A DNA stretch of 64,000 nt from Longimicrobiales bacterium (GCA_965238005.1 OZ250165.1:2368001-2432000), one strand, 5' to 3'; positions 1 to 11,125 are shown, numbered from the stretch's first letter. The notes: a model not told the origin generated them from the sequence alone. Numbers and translations: made by a program.

Positions 1-28
1 CGTTCACACGGACTTTTTGCTCGGTGAT
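1..28 (-). CDS. infC: 5' end of translation initiation factor IF-3 (runs off window start)
   Basis: Minus strand reads AAGGAGAGGAAG-ATC ACC GAG CAA AAA GTC CGT GTG AAC = (I/M)TEQKVRVN, matching the IF3 N-terminal 'RVN' motif. SD-like AGGAG lies 6 nt before a non-canonical ATC; an in-frame ATG also exists at 43. Lies downstream of thrS, the usual neighbour. Confidence 0.7.
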
Positions 29-89
29 CTTCCTCTCCTTCATTAGGTTCGGCGGAGCCCAGGCCTCGAAACCCCAGCTCATCCACAAC

Positions 90-113
90 AAAAAAGCCCG
101 GAATTCTCCGGGC
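90..113 (-). terminator. Intrinsic terminator/attenuator in infC leader
   Basis: GCCCGGA-GAAT-TCCGGGC followed by TTTTTT on the minus strand. Confidence 0.75.
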
Positions 114-235
114 CACAAGGGTCACGAAGCACCGGGGGCATGCCTCTCCGGTCGCCCGTTCTCCTCGACCCGGCGGTATCCACGTCGTCCGTGAAACCGA
201 AAGGTGGAGCCGCTCGCGCGCGACTCACTTCCGTT
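90..235 (-). promoter_or_regulatory. Putative structured infC(-rpmI-rplT) leader, L20-leader-like
   Basis: Hairpins GAGTCGC..GCGGCTC and GGGTCGAGGAG..CTTCGTGACCC precede the terminator, all upstream of infC. Confidence 0.4.
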
Positions 236-401
236 TTGTCCGTGTCCCGGGCTTCAGGACCCGAGAAAGATCACGGAGATCCCCGGGCCCGTCAAGGTGG
301 CGGGCACCCCCGGGAACGGGAAGCGTCGGTGAGGCTGGCAGGGATCACATCCAAAGCGTACCGTAGCGGTTACTAGGCAATGTCACATCCCCAAGAGGCA
401 G

Positions 402-605
402 GTGATGAGGGTCCCCAGCCGCAAGCTGATCGCGGTGGGCAAATACCTCCTCAAGCAGAAGCTGAAGAGGAACGAGCGGTACCCTCTAGTTCTCATGCTG
501 GAGCCCCTTTCCCGGTGCAGTCTAGCGTGTCAGGGGTGTGGGAAGATCGACTACCCCGACGAGATCCCGCGCCTCGTGATCCATGTCGTCGCCACCCTTG
601 GCTGA
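402..605 (+). pseudogene. hpnH: Truncated adenosyl-hopene transferase (radical SAM) N-terminus
   Basis: [41 protein letters not shown] matches the HpnH N-terminus with CxxxCxxC; similarity ends at about 566. Confidence 0.85.
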
Positions 606-1671
606 TCCCTCCCCGTCCCGCGAGGGGCCGGGCGCCGACAGGAGGGATGACCGGCTCCAAGACGACATGTTGCGGGAGGTCTCGCGGACCTTCGCCCTGA
701 CCATCCCCGTGCTTCCCGAAGAGCTGCGGAGGGTGGTGGGTAACGCCTACCTGCTCTGCCGCATCGTGGACACGGTGGAGGACGAGCCCACCCTGGACGG
801 TAGCCAAAAGGCTCGATTCTCGGGTGAGTTCGTGCGAGTCCTGCGGGGAGAGCTCGACCCGCAGAGATTCGCGGAGAAGCTGGCCCCGCTCCTGTCGGAC
901 GCCACCCTTCCCGCAGCCCGTAAGCTCATCCGTCAGACGCCCTACGTCCTCTCGATCAACCGATCGCTCGACGGTAGGCAGCGAGCGGCCATCGAGCGAT
1001 GCGTAGGTGTCATGGCCGACGGCGTGGTGGAGTTCCAGACCGGCGACGGGCCTCCGGGGCTTCCCGACCAGGAGGCGATGGACAGATACTGCTATCACGT
1101 GGCCGGAGTCGTCGGTGAGTTGCTCACGGAGTTGTTCTGCCTGCACCTCCCGATTCTGGAGTCCCAACGGGACGAGATGATGGCCCTGGGTCGCTCCTTC
1201 GGTCAGGGCCTCCAGATGACCAACATCCTGAAAGACGTCTGGGACGACCTGGAACGGGGAGCATGCTGGCTGCCACGGAGTGTCTTCGACGAGGCCGGGG
1301 TCGACTTGAGCGAGCTGCAGCGCGGACAGCGCAGAGCCGAGTTCGAACGTGGTCTGAGTGAGCTCATCGGCATCACCCATGGCCACTTGGCAAACGCACT
1401 CGACTATACGATCCGGATCCCCGCGTCGGAGGCCGGCATTCGCATCTTCTGCCTCTGGACCCTGGGGATGGCCATCCTCACGTTACGGAAGATCCACTGC
1501 AATCGCGGATACACCTCGGGATCCCAGGTGAAGATCGGCCGGCGCTCGGTCCGAGCCATGGCCGTGCTGAGCCGCGTCTTGGCCAGGTGCGAACCGGTCG
1601 TGCGTACTCTCTTCGGCATTGCCGGACTGGGGATCCCCAGGACCGTCATCAAGGCCGATGCGCCAGTCTGA
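583..1671 (+). CDS. Squalene/phytoene synthase family (single-enzyme squalene synthase-like)
   Basis: [21 protein letters not shown] (first Asp-rich motif), [28 protein letters not shown] (second motif); ORF intact. Confidence 0.9.
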   Translation: MSSPPLADPSPSREGPGADRRDDRLQDDMLREVSRTFALTIPVLPEELRRVVGNAYLLCRIVDTVEDEPTLDGSQKARFSGEFVRVLRGELDPQRFAEKLAPLLSDATLPAARKLIRQTPYVLSINRSLDGRQRAAIERCVGVMADGVVEFQTGDGPPGLPDQEAMDRYCYHVAGVVGELLTELFCLHLPILESQRDEMMALGRSFGQGLQMTNILKDVWDDLERGACWLPRSVFDEAGVDLSELQRGQRRAEFERGLSELIGITHGHLANALDYTIRIPASEAGIRIFCLWTLGMAILTLRKIHCNRGYTSGSQVKIGRRSVRAMAVLSRVLARCEPVVRTLFGIAGLGIPRTVIKADAPV

Positions 1672-2002
1672 AGTCGGCGGGATCCGGGGGGACGTGCGTC
1701 TTCGCCTGGAGAGCGCGTCCGTTTCGGCAGAGCCGGTCCCCAACCGGCGGGACTCCGGGCGCTCAGAGCTGGACGCAGCCATTCGCCGCGGTGCGGAGGC
1801 GCTGATCAGGGCCCAGCAGGACGACGGTCACTGGTGCTATCCCCTGGAGGCCGACTGCACGATTCCGGCCGAGTACGTCACGAGCGACGTGAGCGCCCGC
1901 TGCGCCTTGCTCCTGGGAACGGTGGCAAGGGGCCCCGAGCTGGACCGCGCGCTCGCACGCTGCGTCGAGTTCCTGCGGGGAGAGCATGAAGAGGACGGCA
2001 GC
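1658..2002 (+). pseudogene. shc: Squalene-hopene cyclase remnant with large internal deletion
   Basis: AQQDDGHWCYPLEADCTIPAEY (N-terminal QW repeat) is joined directly to TSDVSARC...RCVEFLRGEHEEDGS (later QW repeat); the catalytic DXDD region is missing. Confidence 0.85.
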
Positions 2003-2092
2003 GAGGGGAGCCCCGAGAGAGCGGGAGAGCCCGGCGGTTACGAAGATCCCCGGAGTGATGGAAACGAGGACTCCATCCACGGGGGAACCACC

Positions 2093-3110
2093 ATGATCGC
2101 CGCAGTGCGGGAGCTGGCCATCGCCGTGGAGTCGTTCCTGGAAGGGGACCGCTACGAGATCCCATGGAGCGAGGTGATCCTTGGGGGGGGGACGCGGAGG
2201 GCGGGCGAAAGCGTGTTCACGTCTCCATCGTCCCGGAGCTGGATCACGGACGGATTCTTCCGGCTGGCGGGACCATGGTGACGATTCGCGAGGTCGCCGC
2301 CGAGGTCGAATCCGATGGAATGCAGTGGGTGCACGTGCGCACCACGGGCCAGACCCCCTCGAGCACGAAGAGCTCGAGGGGGTCAGCCGATCCGCCGTCG
2401 TGACGGGCCTCTTCACCATGGTCATGGTCTGCCTGACGTTGCTGGTAGGCTTGGGATCCCAACCACGTCGCTGGGATTCTTCGCGTTTCTCCCCACCGCC
2501 TAGGCAGGGGTGGCCGAGCTGGGTCTCATATCGGGGACCAGCATGTTCATCGGGTTGATCATGGCGCTGACCCTTCTGCCGACCCTCATGGAGGCCCTGC
2601 CGGTACGGTCGCCGAGAGCATTGGAGCAGCCACCCGTCTGGAAGGCTCTCGCCGAGCCCTTCGTCGCCCTTCCCTACCGCCACCGGGGCCTGGTACGGCT
2701 GAGCTCCGCGACGCTCGGGATCGCCGCCCTTCTCCTGCTGACGCAAGGCGTGCTTCGACTCCAACCCGAACAACCTGCGGGACCCCTCGAGCGAGCCGGT
2801 CTCCACGTTCGAGGACCTGCTGAGCAATTCAGGATCGTCTCCCTGGACCCTGAGCGTCCTGGAGAGCGCTGGCACCGGACCGGGTGGCGCCGCGGCCCGC
2901 CTGGCAGAGCTGTCCGCGGTTTCTGGGACACGGACGCTGGAGGATCTGGTGCCCTCCGATCAGGAAGCCAAACTGGCGATCCTGGGTGACATCCGGGATC
3001 TCTTCCACGTGTGTCCTGAGCCGGGAGCCCGGATGTCCCTGGAAGACGCTCCGACCCAAATCCAGGCGCAGAACTTCTTCGAAGAGTTGAAGGCGCGGGT
3101 GGGAAACTAG
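2093..3110 (+). pseudogene. hpnN: Hopanoid transporter HpnN (MMPL/RND) remnant, multiple frameshifts and a stop
   Basis: Pieces in different frames: VPELDHGRILPAG, VRTTG..LEHEELEGV, TTSLGFFAFLPTA*AGVAELGLISG..LTLLP (TAG 2501-2503), FDSNPNNLRDPSSEPVSTFEDLL. Confidence 0.8.
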
Positions 3111-3125
3111 GAGTCCGACAGCGGC

Positions 3126-3284
3126 CTAGGGAGGTCGGTCGGTCCCCTCGCTCCCTGCTGGCCGGGGCTCCGCGGGAGGTCGGGCGATCCCCTCGCTCCC
3201 TGCTGTCCAGGGCTCCGCCGCCCCACCCTGCCACCGCCTTTAGCCCCTCCCAGACGGTCGCTCGGGGGCCGCCCGACCTCCTAG
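3126..3284. repeat. 45-bp imperfect tandem repeat (3129-3173, 3174-3218) inside imperfect terminal inverted repeats
   Basis: GGGAGGTCGGtCGgTCCCCTCGCTCCCTGCTG.. occurs twice; CTAGGGAGGTCGGTCGGTCCCC pairs with GGGGCCGCCCGACCTCCTAG. Confidence 0.7.
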
Positions 3285-5200
3285 CCCAGAGTCCTGCTCA
3301 TCACCTCGCCCACCAGCTGGGTGATGAACTGGGCCCGGTCGATGATGTCCTGCTTCTTGCCGGCCCCCCGCTTCCGTACGGCCACGGTGCCGGCTTCGGC
3401 CTCCCGTTCGCCGATGACGGCCATGTAGGGGATCTTGTGCACTTCGGCGTCGCGGATGCGGTAGCTGAGCGTCTCCCGGCCCACGACCTTCCCACGGATC
3501 CCCGCAGCGTCGAGTTGGCCGGCGAACTCGTCGGCCGAGTCGACCCACTGCTCCGAGATGGGCAGGACCCGCACCTGCTCGGGGGCCAGCCACAGGGGGA
3601 ACGCCCCGGCGTAGTGCTCGATGAGGCCGCCTACGAAGCGCTCCATGGAGCCCACCAGCACCCGGTGCAGCATGACGGGACGATGGCGCTCGTTGTCCTC
3701 GCCCACGTACTCCAGCTCGAAGCGCTCAGGCAGGTTGAAGTCGAGCTGGACTGTGGGGCCTTGCCACTCGCGGCCGATGGCGTCGATGAGCTTGAAGTCG
3801 AGCTTGGGTCCGTAGAAGGCGCCTCCCCCGATGTCGTATTCGAAGGGCACACCACGAGCTTCGAGGGTGTCGGCCAGGGTCTTCACCGCCGAATCCCACT
3901 CCTTGTCGGTGCCCAGCGCCTTTTCCTCGGGCTTGGTGGCCAGGGCGATGGTGTACGGATAGCCGAAGGCGGAAAGCATCTCGTCTACCAGATCCAAGAG
4001 CCGCTCGACTTCGCCGGTGACCTGCTCGGGCGTGCAGAAGATGTGGGCATCGTCCTGGGTGAAGCCCCGGACCCTGAGCATGCCGTGGAGCACGCCACTC
4101 CGCTCATAGCGGTACACGGTGCCGAACTCGGCCATCCGGATGGGCAGGTCCCGGTAGGACCGCTGGTCGGCCTCGTAGATGGCGATGTGGCCCGGGCAAT
4201 TCATGGGCTTGGGACGGTACGCGTTGCCCTCCACGTCGATGGCCCCGAACATCCCTTCCTTGAAGTTCTCCAGGTGGCCCGAGATCTCGAACAGCTTCTC
4301 GCTCATGATGTGGGGCGTGTACACCAGGTCGTATCCGTGCCGGACTACGAGCTCCCGTTCAAAGGTCTCGATCTCGGTGCGGATCACGGACCCCTTCGGG
4401 TGCCACAGGATGAGGCCCGGACCCACCCGGGCGTCGGTGGAGAAGAGATCCAGCTCCCGGCCCAGGACCCGGTGATCCCGTTTCTTGGCCTCCTCCAGGC
4501 GCTCGAGATGGTCGCTCAGGTCCGACTTCTTGAAGAAGGCGGTACCGTAGATGCGCTGAAGCATCTGGCGGCTCTCGTCCCCCCGCCAGTACGCCCCCGC
4601 CCCGGAGAGGAGCTTGAAGTGCTTGAGTCGGCCGGTGGACGGCACATGGGGCCCGCGGCAGAGATCGAGGAACGGCCCGTCCCGATAGACCGTGATGACC
4701 TCGTCCTCGCTGAACTCCTCCAGGCGCTCCAGCTTCAGCGGATCGTCGGCGAAGAGCTCTCGGGCCTCCTCAACGGTCACGACACGGCGCTCGAAGGCGT
4801 AGTCGGCGTCCACTACTTCGGCCATCTTGGCCTCGAACGTCTCCAGATCCTCCGGAGTGAAGGGCTTCTCCACGTCAAAGTCGTAGTAGAAGCCGTCGTC
4901 GATGGCCGGCCCGAACCCGATCCCCGCACCCGGGCGCAGCTCGCGCACGGCCGTAGCCAGCACGTGGGCGGCGGAGTGCCGCAGCAGGGCAAGGGCGTCA
5001 GTGTCTCGATCCGTGATGATCCTCAGGCTGGCATCGGCTTCGATGGTATGGAAGACGTCGACCGTGTGGCCGTCCACCTCACCCGCCAGGGCCGCCTTGG
5101 CCAATCCGGGGCCGATAGCCGCCGCAACATCCGCGACGCTGGATCGCTCGGGCACCTCCAGGACCGTCCCGTCCGGGAGGGTCACCTTGATATCCGCCAT
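3281..5200 (-). CDS. thrS: Threonine--tRNA ligase
   Basis: TGS domain, RHSAAH, KPMNCPGH, RVRGFTQDDAH, AFYGPKLD. Confidence 0.99.
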   Translation of the reverse strand: MADIKVTLPDGTVLEVPERSSVADVAAAIGPGLAKAALAGEVDGHTVDVFHTIEADASLRIITDRDTDALALLRHSAAHVLATAVRELRPGAGIGFGPAIDDGFYYDFDVEKPFTPEDLETFEAKMAEVVDADYAFERRVVTVEEARELFADDPLKLERLEEFSEDEVITVYRDGPFLDLCRGPHVPSTGRLKHFKLLSGAGAYWRGDESRQMLQRIYGTAFFKKSDLSDHLERLEEAKKRDHRVLGRELDLFSTDARVGPGLILWHPKGSVIRTEIETFERELVVRHGYDLVYTPHIMSEKLFEISGHLENFKEGMFGAIDVEGNAYRPKPMNCPGHIAIYEADQRSYRDLPIRMAEFGTVYRYERSGVLHGMLRVRGFTQDDAHIFCTPEQVTGEVERLLDLVDEMLSAFGYPYTIALATKPEEKALGTDKEWDSAVKTLADTLEARGVPFEYDIGGGAFYGPKLDFKLIDAIGREWQGPTVQLDFNLPERFELEYVGEDNERHRPVMLHRVLVGSMERFVGGLIEHYAGAFPLWLAPEQVRVLPISEQWVDSADEFAGQLDAAGIRGKVVGRETLSYRIRDAEVHKIPYMAVIGEREAEAGTVAVRKRGAGKKQDIIDRAQFITQLVGEVMSRTLG

Positions 5201-5281
5201 GTTCGTTCAGTTCCGTCGTTTCACTTGCCACCTGGAGTGGCAAAAAAAGTAGTGGAGTCGGGAGAAAAAGCCACCAACCTG

Positions 5282-5324
5282 AAAAGACGACGGCCCGGCC
5301 ACCATAGGGTAACCGGGCCGCCGC
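5282..5324 (-). terminator. Intrinsic terminator downstream of groEL
   Basis: GCGGCGGCCCGGTTACC-CTAT-GGTGGCCGGGCCGTCGT-CTTTT. Confidence 0.7.
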
Positions 5325-5412
5325 GAAGGATGGGGGCACCGACTCCCGACCTCCCGAAGGGATGCTCGTGAGCCGGTGCCCGTCTTTACGACACTATGGT
5401 GTCTCGAAGACG

Positions 5413-7050
<1,638 letters not shown>

Positions 7051-7108
7051 TTACTTACTCCTGTGTGTCTCTATAGAAAGTCGCCGAATCCGCGCCGATT
7101 TCACCGCT

Positions 7109-7426
7109 CTACCCCATGACCGCCAGGATGTCGGATTCGCGTAGAATGAGGAACTCTTCCCCGTCGATCGTCACGTCGGTACCGCTGTACTTGCCGTAGA
7201 GGACGGTCTGCCCGACCTCAACGTCGGGCTCCACCCGCACGCCCTCGTCCGACAGCTTACCGGGTCCCACCGCCACGATCTTGCCCTGCTGTGGCTTCTC
7301 CTTTGCGGTGTCCGGAATGTAGAGGCCCCCACGCATCTGCTCGTCTTCCTCGAGGGGCGTCACCACCACACGGTCCGCAAGGGGCTTGATCTTGGTCGCA
7401 GCCTTGGTCGCAGTCTTCGTCGCCAT
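7109..7426 (-). CDS. groS: Co-chaperonin GroES
   Basis: [30 protein letters not shown]. Confidence 0.99.
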   Translation of the reverse strand: MATKTATKAATKIKPLADRVVVTPLEEDEQMRGGLYIPDTAKEKPQQGKIVAVGPGKLSDEGVRVEPDVEVGQTVLYGKYSGTDVTIDGEEFLILRESDILAVMG

Positions 7427-7476
7427 CCGAAATGCCTCCTGCTAACTGGTTGGGTCACTTGAAGTTCGGTGTTTTG

Positions 7477-7503
7477 TTAGCACTCATATCGAACGAGTGC
7501 TAA
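7477..7503. promoter_or_regulatory. CIRCE element (HrcA operator)
   Basis: Exact TTAGCACTC-N9-GAGTGCTAA upstream of groES. Confidence 0.97.
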
Positions 7504-7511
7504 TCAGCCCG

Positions 7512-7541
7512 ATAATGTATTATCCCCGGGTGTCCTGTCAA
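7512..7541 (-). promoter_or_regulatory. Putative sigma70 promoter of groESL
   Basis: TTGACA (7541-7536) with TACATT/CATTAT at 16-18 nt spacing, immediately upstream of CIRCE. Confidence 0.6.
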
Positions 7542-7604
7542 CTGGACAATCGCGGGAACTCCCAGGTCTTGCGGGTCGTCTACACCTCGGATCGGCAGCC
7601 TCTC

Positions 7605-8381
7605 TCAGCCCCGAATGGTCCGCCCGGCCAGGGCGAGCCCGTAGAGAGTCAGGAAGGGCTCGATGTGGTCCACCGTTTCGGCGTGTGGCCCCACCACCTC
7701 GGCGTAGCCTCCGGTGGCCACGACATAAACGTCGGGGCGTGCCCACTCACGTCGGATGCGCCTCACGATGCCGTCCACGGCGTCCACTGCCGAGTAGAAC
7801 ACACCGCTACGGATGCATTCCTCGGTCCGGCGCCCAATCACTCGTTCGGGAGGACCCAGCTCGACGTTGGGCAGCTTGGCAGTCTTCTTCCCCAGCCACT
7901 CGAGTCCCGCCTGGATGCCCTGGGAAATGACGCCGCCGAGGAAGACGCCGTCAGCGGTGATGCAGTCGAAGGTGGTAGCCGTCCCCAGGTCCACAGCTAT
8001 GGTGTCGCGTCCGTACATCTCTTTTGCGGCCAACGTGTTGACGATCCGGTCGGCGCCGACCGTCAGCGGCTCGTCCACGTCGAGTTCGATCGGGAGAGGG
8101 CTCCGTGCGGTCACAACCACTGGGGGCCCGCTCCCGATCCGCGTCAGGGTGTCGGTGATGATGCCCCTGGCCGATGGGACGACGGATCCCAGAACCGCCA
8201 GATCCAAGTCCTCAGGCGCGAATCCGCGGCTGGCGAGAAGTGTGCGGAGAAGGAGCTCGTACTCGTCTACAGTGCGCGGTACGGTCGTGCTCACACGCCA
8301 GTGGGCCGCCAACTCTAAGCCCTCAGGCTGCACGAGCCCCAGCACCGTCTCGCTGTTTCCCACGTCGATGACCAGTTCCAT
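7605..8381 (-). CDS. coaX: Type III pantothenate kinase
   Basis: IDVGNS, GSVVP, VGADR, VDLGTATT. Confidence 0.95.
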   Translation of the reverse strand: MELVIDVGNSETVLGLVQPEGLELAAHWRVSTTVPRTVDEYELLLRTLLASRGFAPEDLDLAVLGSVVPSARGIITDTLTRIGSGPPVVVTARSPLPIELDVDEPLTVGADRIVNTLAAKEMYGRDTIAVDLGTATTFDCITADGVFLGGVISQGIQAGLEWLGKKTAKLPNVELGPPERVIGRRTEECIRSGVFYSAVDAVDGIVRRIRREWARPDVYVVATGGYAEVVGPHAETVDHIEPFLTLYGLALAGRTIRG

Positions 8382-8396
8382 CTCATTCTCTCCGCG

Positions 8397-9182
8397 TTAG
8401 TATATATCGAGTTCAGCGATACTGACCCCCCCGCCTCGAACCGCGTACCGGATCCCCTCCGCCTCGATCAGCAGGGCCCCGTCATCCGCCACCCCGATGG
8501 CCTGCCCCACCTGCCCCGCGTCTGTACGGACCGTACGCCCTGCCAAAGCATCCCTGTGCTGAAACTCTACGCGCAAGCCCTCATCGAGTCCGTCGGGGAG
8601 GGGCTCGACCAGATTGCGTGCCGCGCCGAGCAGTCCCCCGGCCAACTCGGCTCTCGACACTCCTGAGCACCCGGCTAGTTCCAGGGAGGTCGCCTGATCC
8701 CTCAAAGCGGAGGGAAAATCCTCTTCGCGCTGGCAGATGTTGAGACCCACGCCCACCACTACTGCGGCCGGGCCCACGCCTTCACACAGGATGCCTCCCA
8801 CCTTGCGGCCACTCACGAGAACATCGTTCGGCCACTTGATCTCAGGATGGAGCTCAGGGCACAGGGCCTCGATGGCCCGGGCGGTGGCAAGTCCCACGAG
8901 AATCGGCGTCAGGGCCGGAGCGCCCCCCGCTGGGGGTCGCAGCAGAAAGGAGATCCACAGGCCCAACCCCGTCGGTGATTCCCAGCGTTTTCCAGACCGG
9001 CCGCGCCCAGTCGTCTGGGTCTCGGCGGTCACCACGGTGAAGGCGGCCGCCCCCTCCACCGCCAACTCTCGGACCCGGTCGTTCGTGGAGGGAAGCGTGC
9101 CGTAGGCCTCCAAAACCGGCACGTTCCAGAGGCGCTCCCACACCGCCACCGGCTTGCCCTCCCAGTCGTAGAGACGGTCCAC
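8397..9182 (-). CDS. birA: Biotin--[acetyl-CoA carboxylase] ligase (no HTH)
   Basis: STND, QTTGRGRSG, IKWPND, KVGGIL, GVGLN. Confidence 0.95.
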   Translation of the reverse strand: MDRLYDWEGKPVAVWERLWNVPVLEAYGTLPSTNDRVRELAVEGAAAFTVVTAETQTTGRGRSGKRWESPTGLGLWISFLLRPPAGGAPALTPILVGLATARAIEALCPELHPEIKWPNDVLVSGRKVGGILCEGVGPAAVVVGVGLNICQREEDFPSALRDQATSLELAGCSGVSRAELAGGLLGAARNLVEPLPDGLDEGLRVEFQHRDALAGRTVRTDAGQVGQAIGVADDGALLIEAEGIRYAVRGGGVSIAELDIY

Positions 9183-9188
9183 CGAGGA

Positions 9189-9977
9189 TCAACCCACCGA
9201 GACGAGATAGACCAGGAACGCCGCTCCCAGTGCCCAACAGTAGATGCCGAACCGGTGGAACGTCCGTCGCGCCAGAAAGGCCACGAACGCCCGGATCGCC
9301 AGGACACCGGTCACCGCAGCCGTCACCGACGCCAGGATCAGGGCAACGCCTGTGAGGCTCGGTCCCGGATCGGTCGATCCCCAGAGCTGGAGGACCGCGG
9401 CTCCGGCGATCGCCGGAATGGCCATCAAGAACGAGAATGCCGCAGCCTCCTCGGCCTCAACGCCCATCCACAGCGCTGCAACCACGGTCGCTCCCGATCG
9501 CGAGATACCCGGCACCACTGCGAACGCCTGGGTCAGACCGATCACGCCTGCCGCCAATAAGCCCAGGCCCGGCCAACTCTCTCGCCGGAGCGCCCTGCGC
9601 GTGGTCCAGAGCAGGGCGCCCGTGACGAAAAAAGCCACCGCGGGAACGAAGGGGCTCTCGAAGAGCGCCTCTACCGAATCCCTGAAGAACGCTCCCACGA
9701 CCACGACGGGAGCGGTGGCGAGGGCCAGGAAGCCGACGTAGCGCAAGGCGTGGGATTGACCCCTGATGGCGCCGCGGACGAGACCTCGGATGCGGTCGTG
9801 GTAGACCACAACGATGGAGACGAGAGTCGCTGCGTGCACCGCCACCTCGAATTGCACCCCCGGGATCTCAAGGCCCAGCAGGGTCTGGCCCACCACCAGA
9901 TGGCCCGAGCTGGAGACCGGCAGGAACTCCGTAGCCCCCTGGAGGAATCCGAGAAAGACCGCCTCCCAGAAACTCAC
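9189..9977 (-). CDS. uppP: Undecaprenyl-diphosphate phosphatase
   Basis: QGATEFLPVSSSGH, PGISRSG. Confidence 0.95.
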   Translation of the reverse strand: MSFWEAVFLGFLQGATEFLPVSSSGHLVVGQTLLGLEIPGVQFEVAVHAATLVSIVVVYHDRIRGLVRGAIRGQSHALRYVGFLALATAPVVVVGAFFRDSVEALFESPFVPAVAFFVTGALLWTTRRALRRESWPGLGLLAAGVIGLTQAFAVVPGISRSGATVVAALWMGVEAEEAAAFSFLMAIPAIAGAAVLQLWGSTDPGPSLTGVALILASVTAAVTGVLAIRAFVAFLARRTFHRFGIYCWALGAAFLVYLVSVG

Positions 9978-11125
9978 CCGTACGACTCGAAGGTCTGCGG
10001 GTGGGACTTTATCGCCTGCTCGTAGGACGCCTCGTACGCCGGTACCACCAGCTCGGCCGAGAAGCGCTCCACCGCGACGGTCCGACCCGCCTCACCGAAG
10101 GCCATCTGCCGATCCGGGTCGCTCAGGATCTCCAGGGCCCCTTCGGACATTCCATCCACGTCTCCCACGGAGTAGAGGTATCCCGCCTCCCCGTGCGGAA
10201 CCAGCTCCGGCACGCCCCCCACCGACGACGCCACGACCGGCACCCCGGAGGCCATCGCCTCCAAGGCTGCCAGGCCGAAGGACTCGGACCCACTGGGAAG
10301 TAGGAAGAGATCGGCGCACGGGAGCAGCTCCTCCACGGAGTCGTGCTTCCCCAGAAAGACCACACGGTCGCCCACGCCCAGGGCCCGGGCCCTCTCCAGG
10401 GCTCGCGGCCTGTCCGGTCCGTCGCCTACCATGATCAAGCGGGACGGCACTTTCGCGGCCACTCGCCCGAAGATCTCCACCACGTCCCCCACGCGCTTCA
10501 CGGGTCGGAAGTTGGAGACATGCATGACGATCTTTTCCCCCTCCTCTGCCAGCGTCGACCGGTAGCAGGGCTCCTTCGCCGGATCATAGACCTCGGGGTC
10601 GATGAAGTTCGGGATTACTTCGATCCGCTCAGCGGGTACGTTGAAATCACGAACCGTTTCGTCCCGCAGGTACTCGGAGACCGCAGTGATCCCGGTAGAG
10701 CGCAGGATGGAGAAGCGCGTGATCGGTTGGAAGGACGGATGGAGTCCCACCAACGTGATGTCCGTGCCGTGGAGTGTGGTCACCACCGGCACGCCCCCGT
10801 CCCCAAGCATCTCCTGGGCGATCCACGCCGAGGTAGCGTGGGGGATGGCGTAGTGAACGTGAAGCAGGTCGAGGTCGTGGGTCTGAGCCGCGTCGTGGAG
10901 CGCAACCGCCAGCGCCAGCGTGTAGGGAGGGTGCTCAAAGAGCGGGTAGTGCTCCATCTCCACTTCGTGGAAGAAGATCCGCTCGTGAAAGTGCCCCAGG
11001 CGGAACGGCTGTGCGTACGAGACGAAGTGCACTTCGTGCCCTCGCTTCGCGAGCTGTATGCCCAGAGCCGTCGCCACGGCGCCTGAGCCCCCGTACGTGG
11101 GGTAGCATGTGATCCCGATCTTCAT
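9974..11125 (-). CDS. bshA: N-acetyl-alpha-D-glucosaminyl L-malate synthase
   Basis: MKIGITCYPTYGGSG, HVHYAIPHA, TTLHGTD, SNFRPVKR, ESFGLAALEAM. Confidence 0.92.
   Translation of the reverse strand: MKIGITCYPTYGGSGAVATALGIQLAKRGHEVHFVSYAQPFRLGHFHERIFFHEVEMEHYPLFEHPPYTLALAVALHDAAQTHDLDLLHVHYAIPHATSAWIAQEMLGDGGVPVVTTLHGTDITLVGLHPSFQPITRFSILRSTGITAVSEYLRDETVRDFNVPAERIEVIPNFIDPEVYDPAKEPCYRSTLAEEGEKIVMHVSNFRPVKRVGDVVEIFGRVAAKVPSRLIMVGDGPDRPRALERARALGVGDRVVFLGKHDSVEELLPCADLFLLPSGSESFGLAALEAMASGVPVVASSVGGVPELVPHGEAGYLYSVGDVDGMSEGALEILSDPDRQMAFGEAGRTVAVERFSAELVVPAYEASYEQAIKSHPQTFESYG

Noticed and set aside
2501..2503. In-frame TAG in hpnN (and in the ABC remnant) as pyrrolysine or read-through
   Set aside because: The surrounding genes also carry frameshifts and deletions, so these are simple nonsense mutations
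3129..3218. Repeat pair as a CRISPR array
   Set aside because: Only two adjacent units, no spacers and no cas genes
5201..5400. T-box riboswitch upstream of thrS
   Set aside because: No T-box consensus (AAGGTGGnACCRCG) or specifier stem seen
7390..7426. 12-bp repeats at the GroES N-terminus (ATKT/ATKA)
   Set aside because: Low-complexity N-terminal extension, likely trivial
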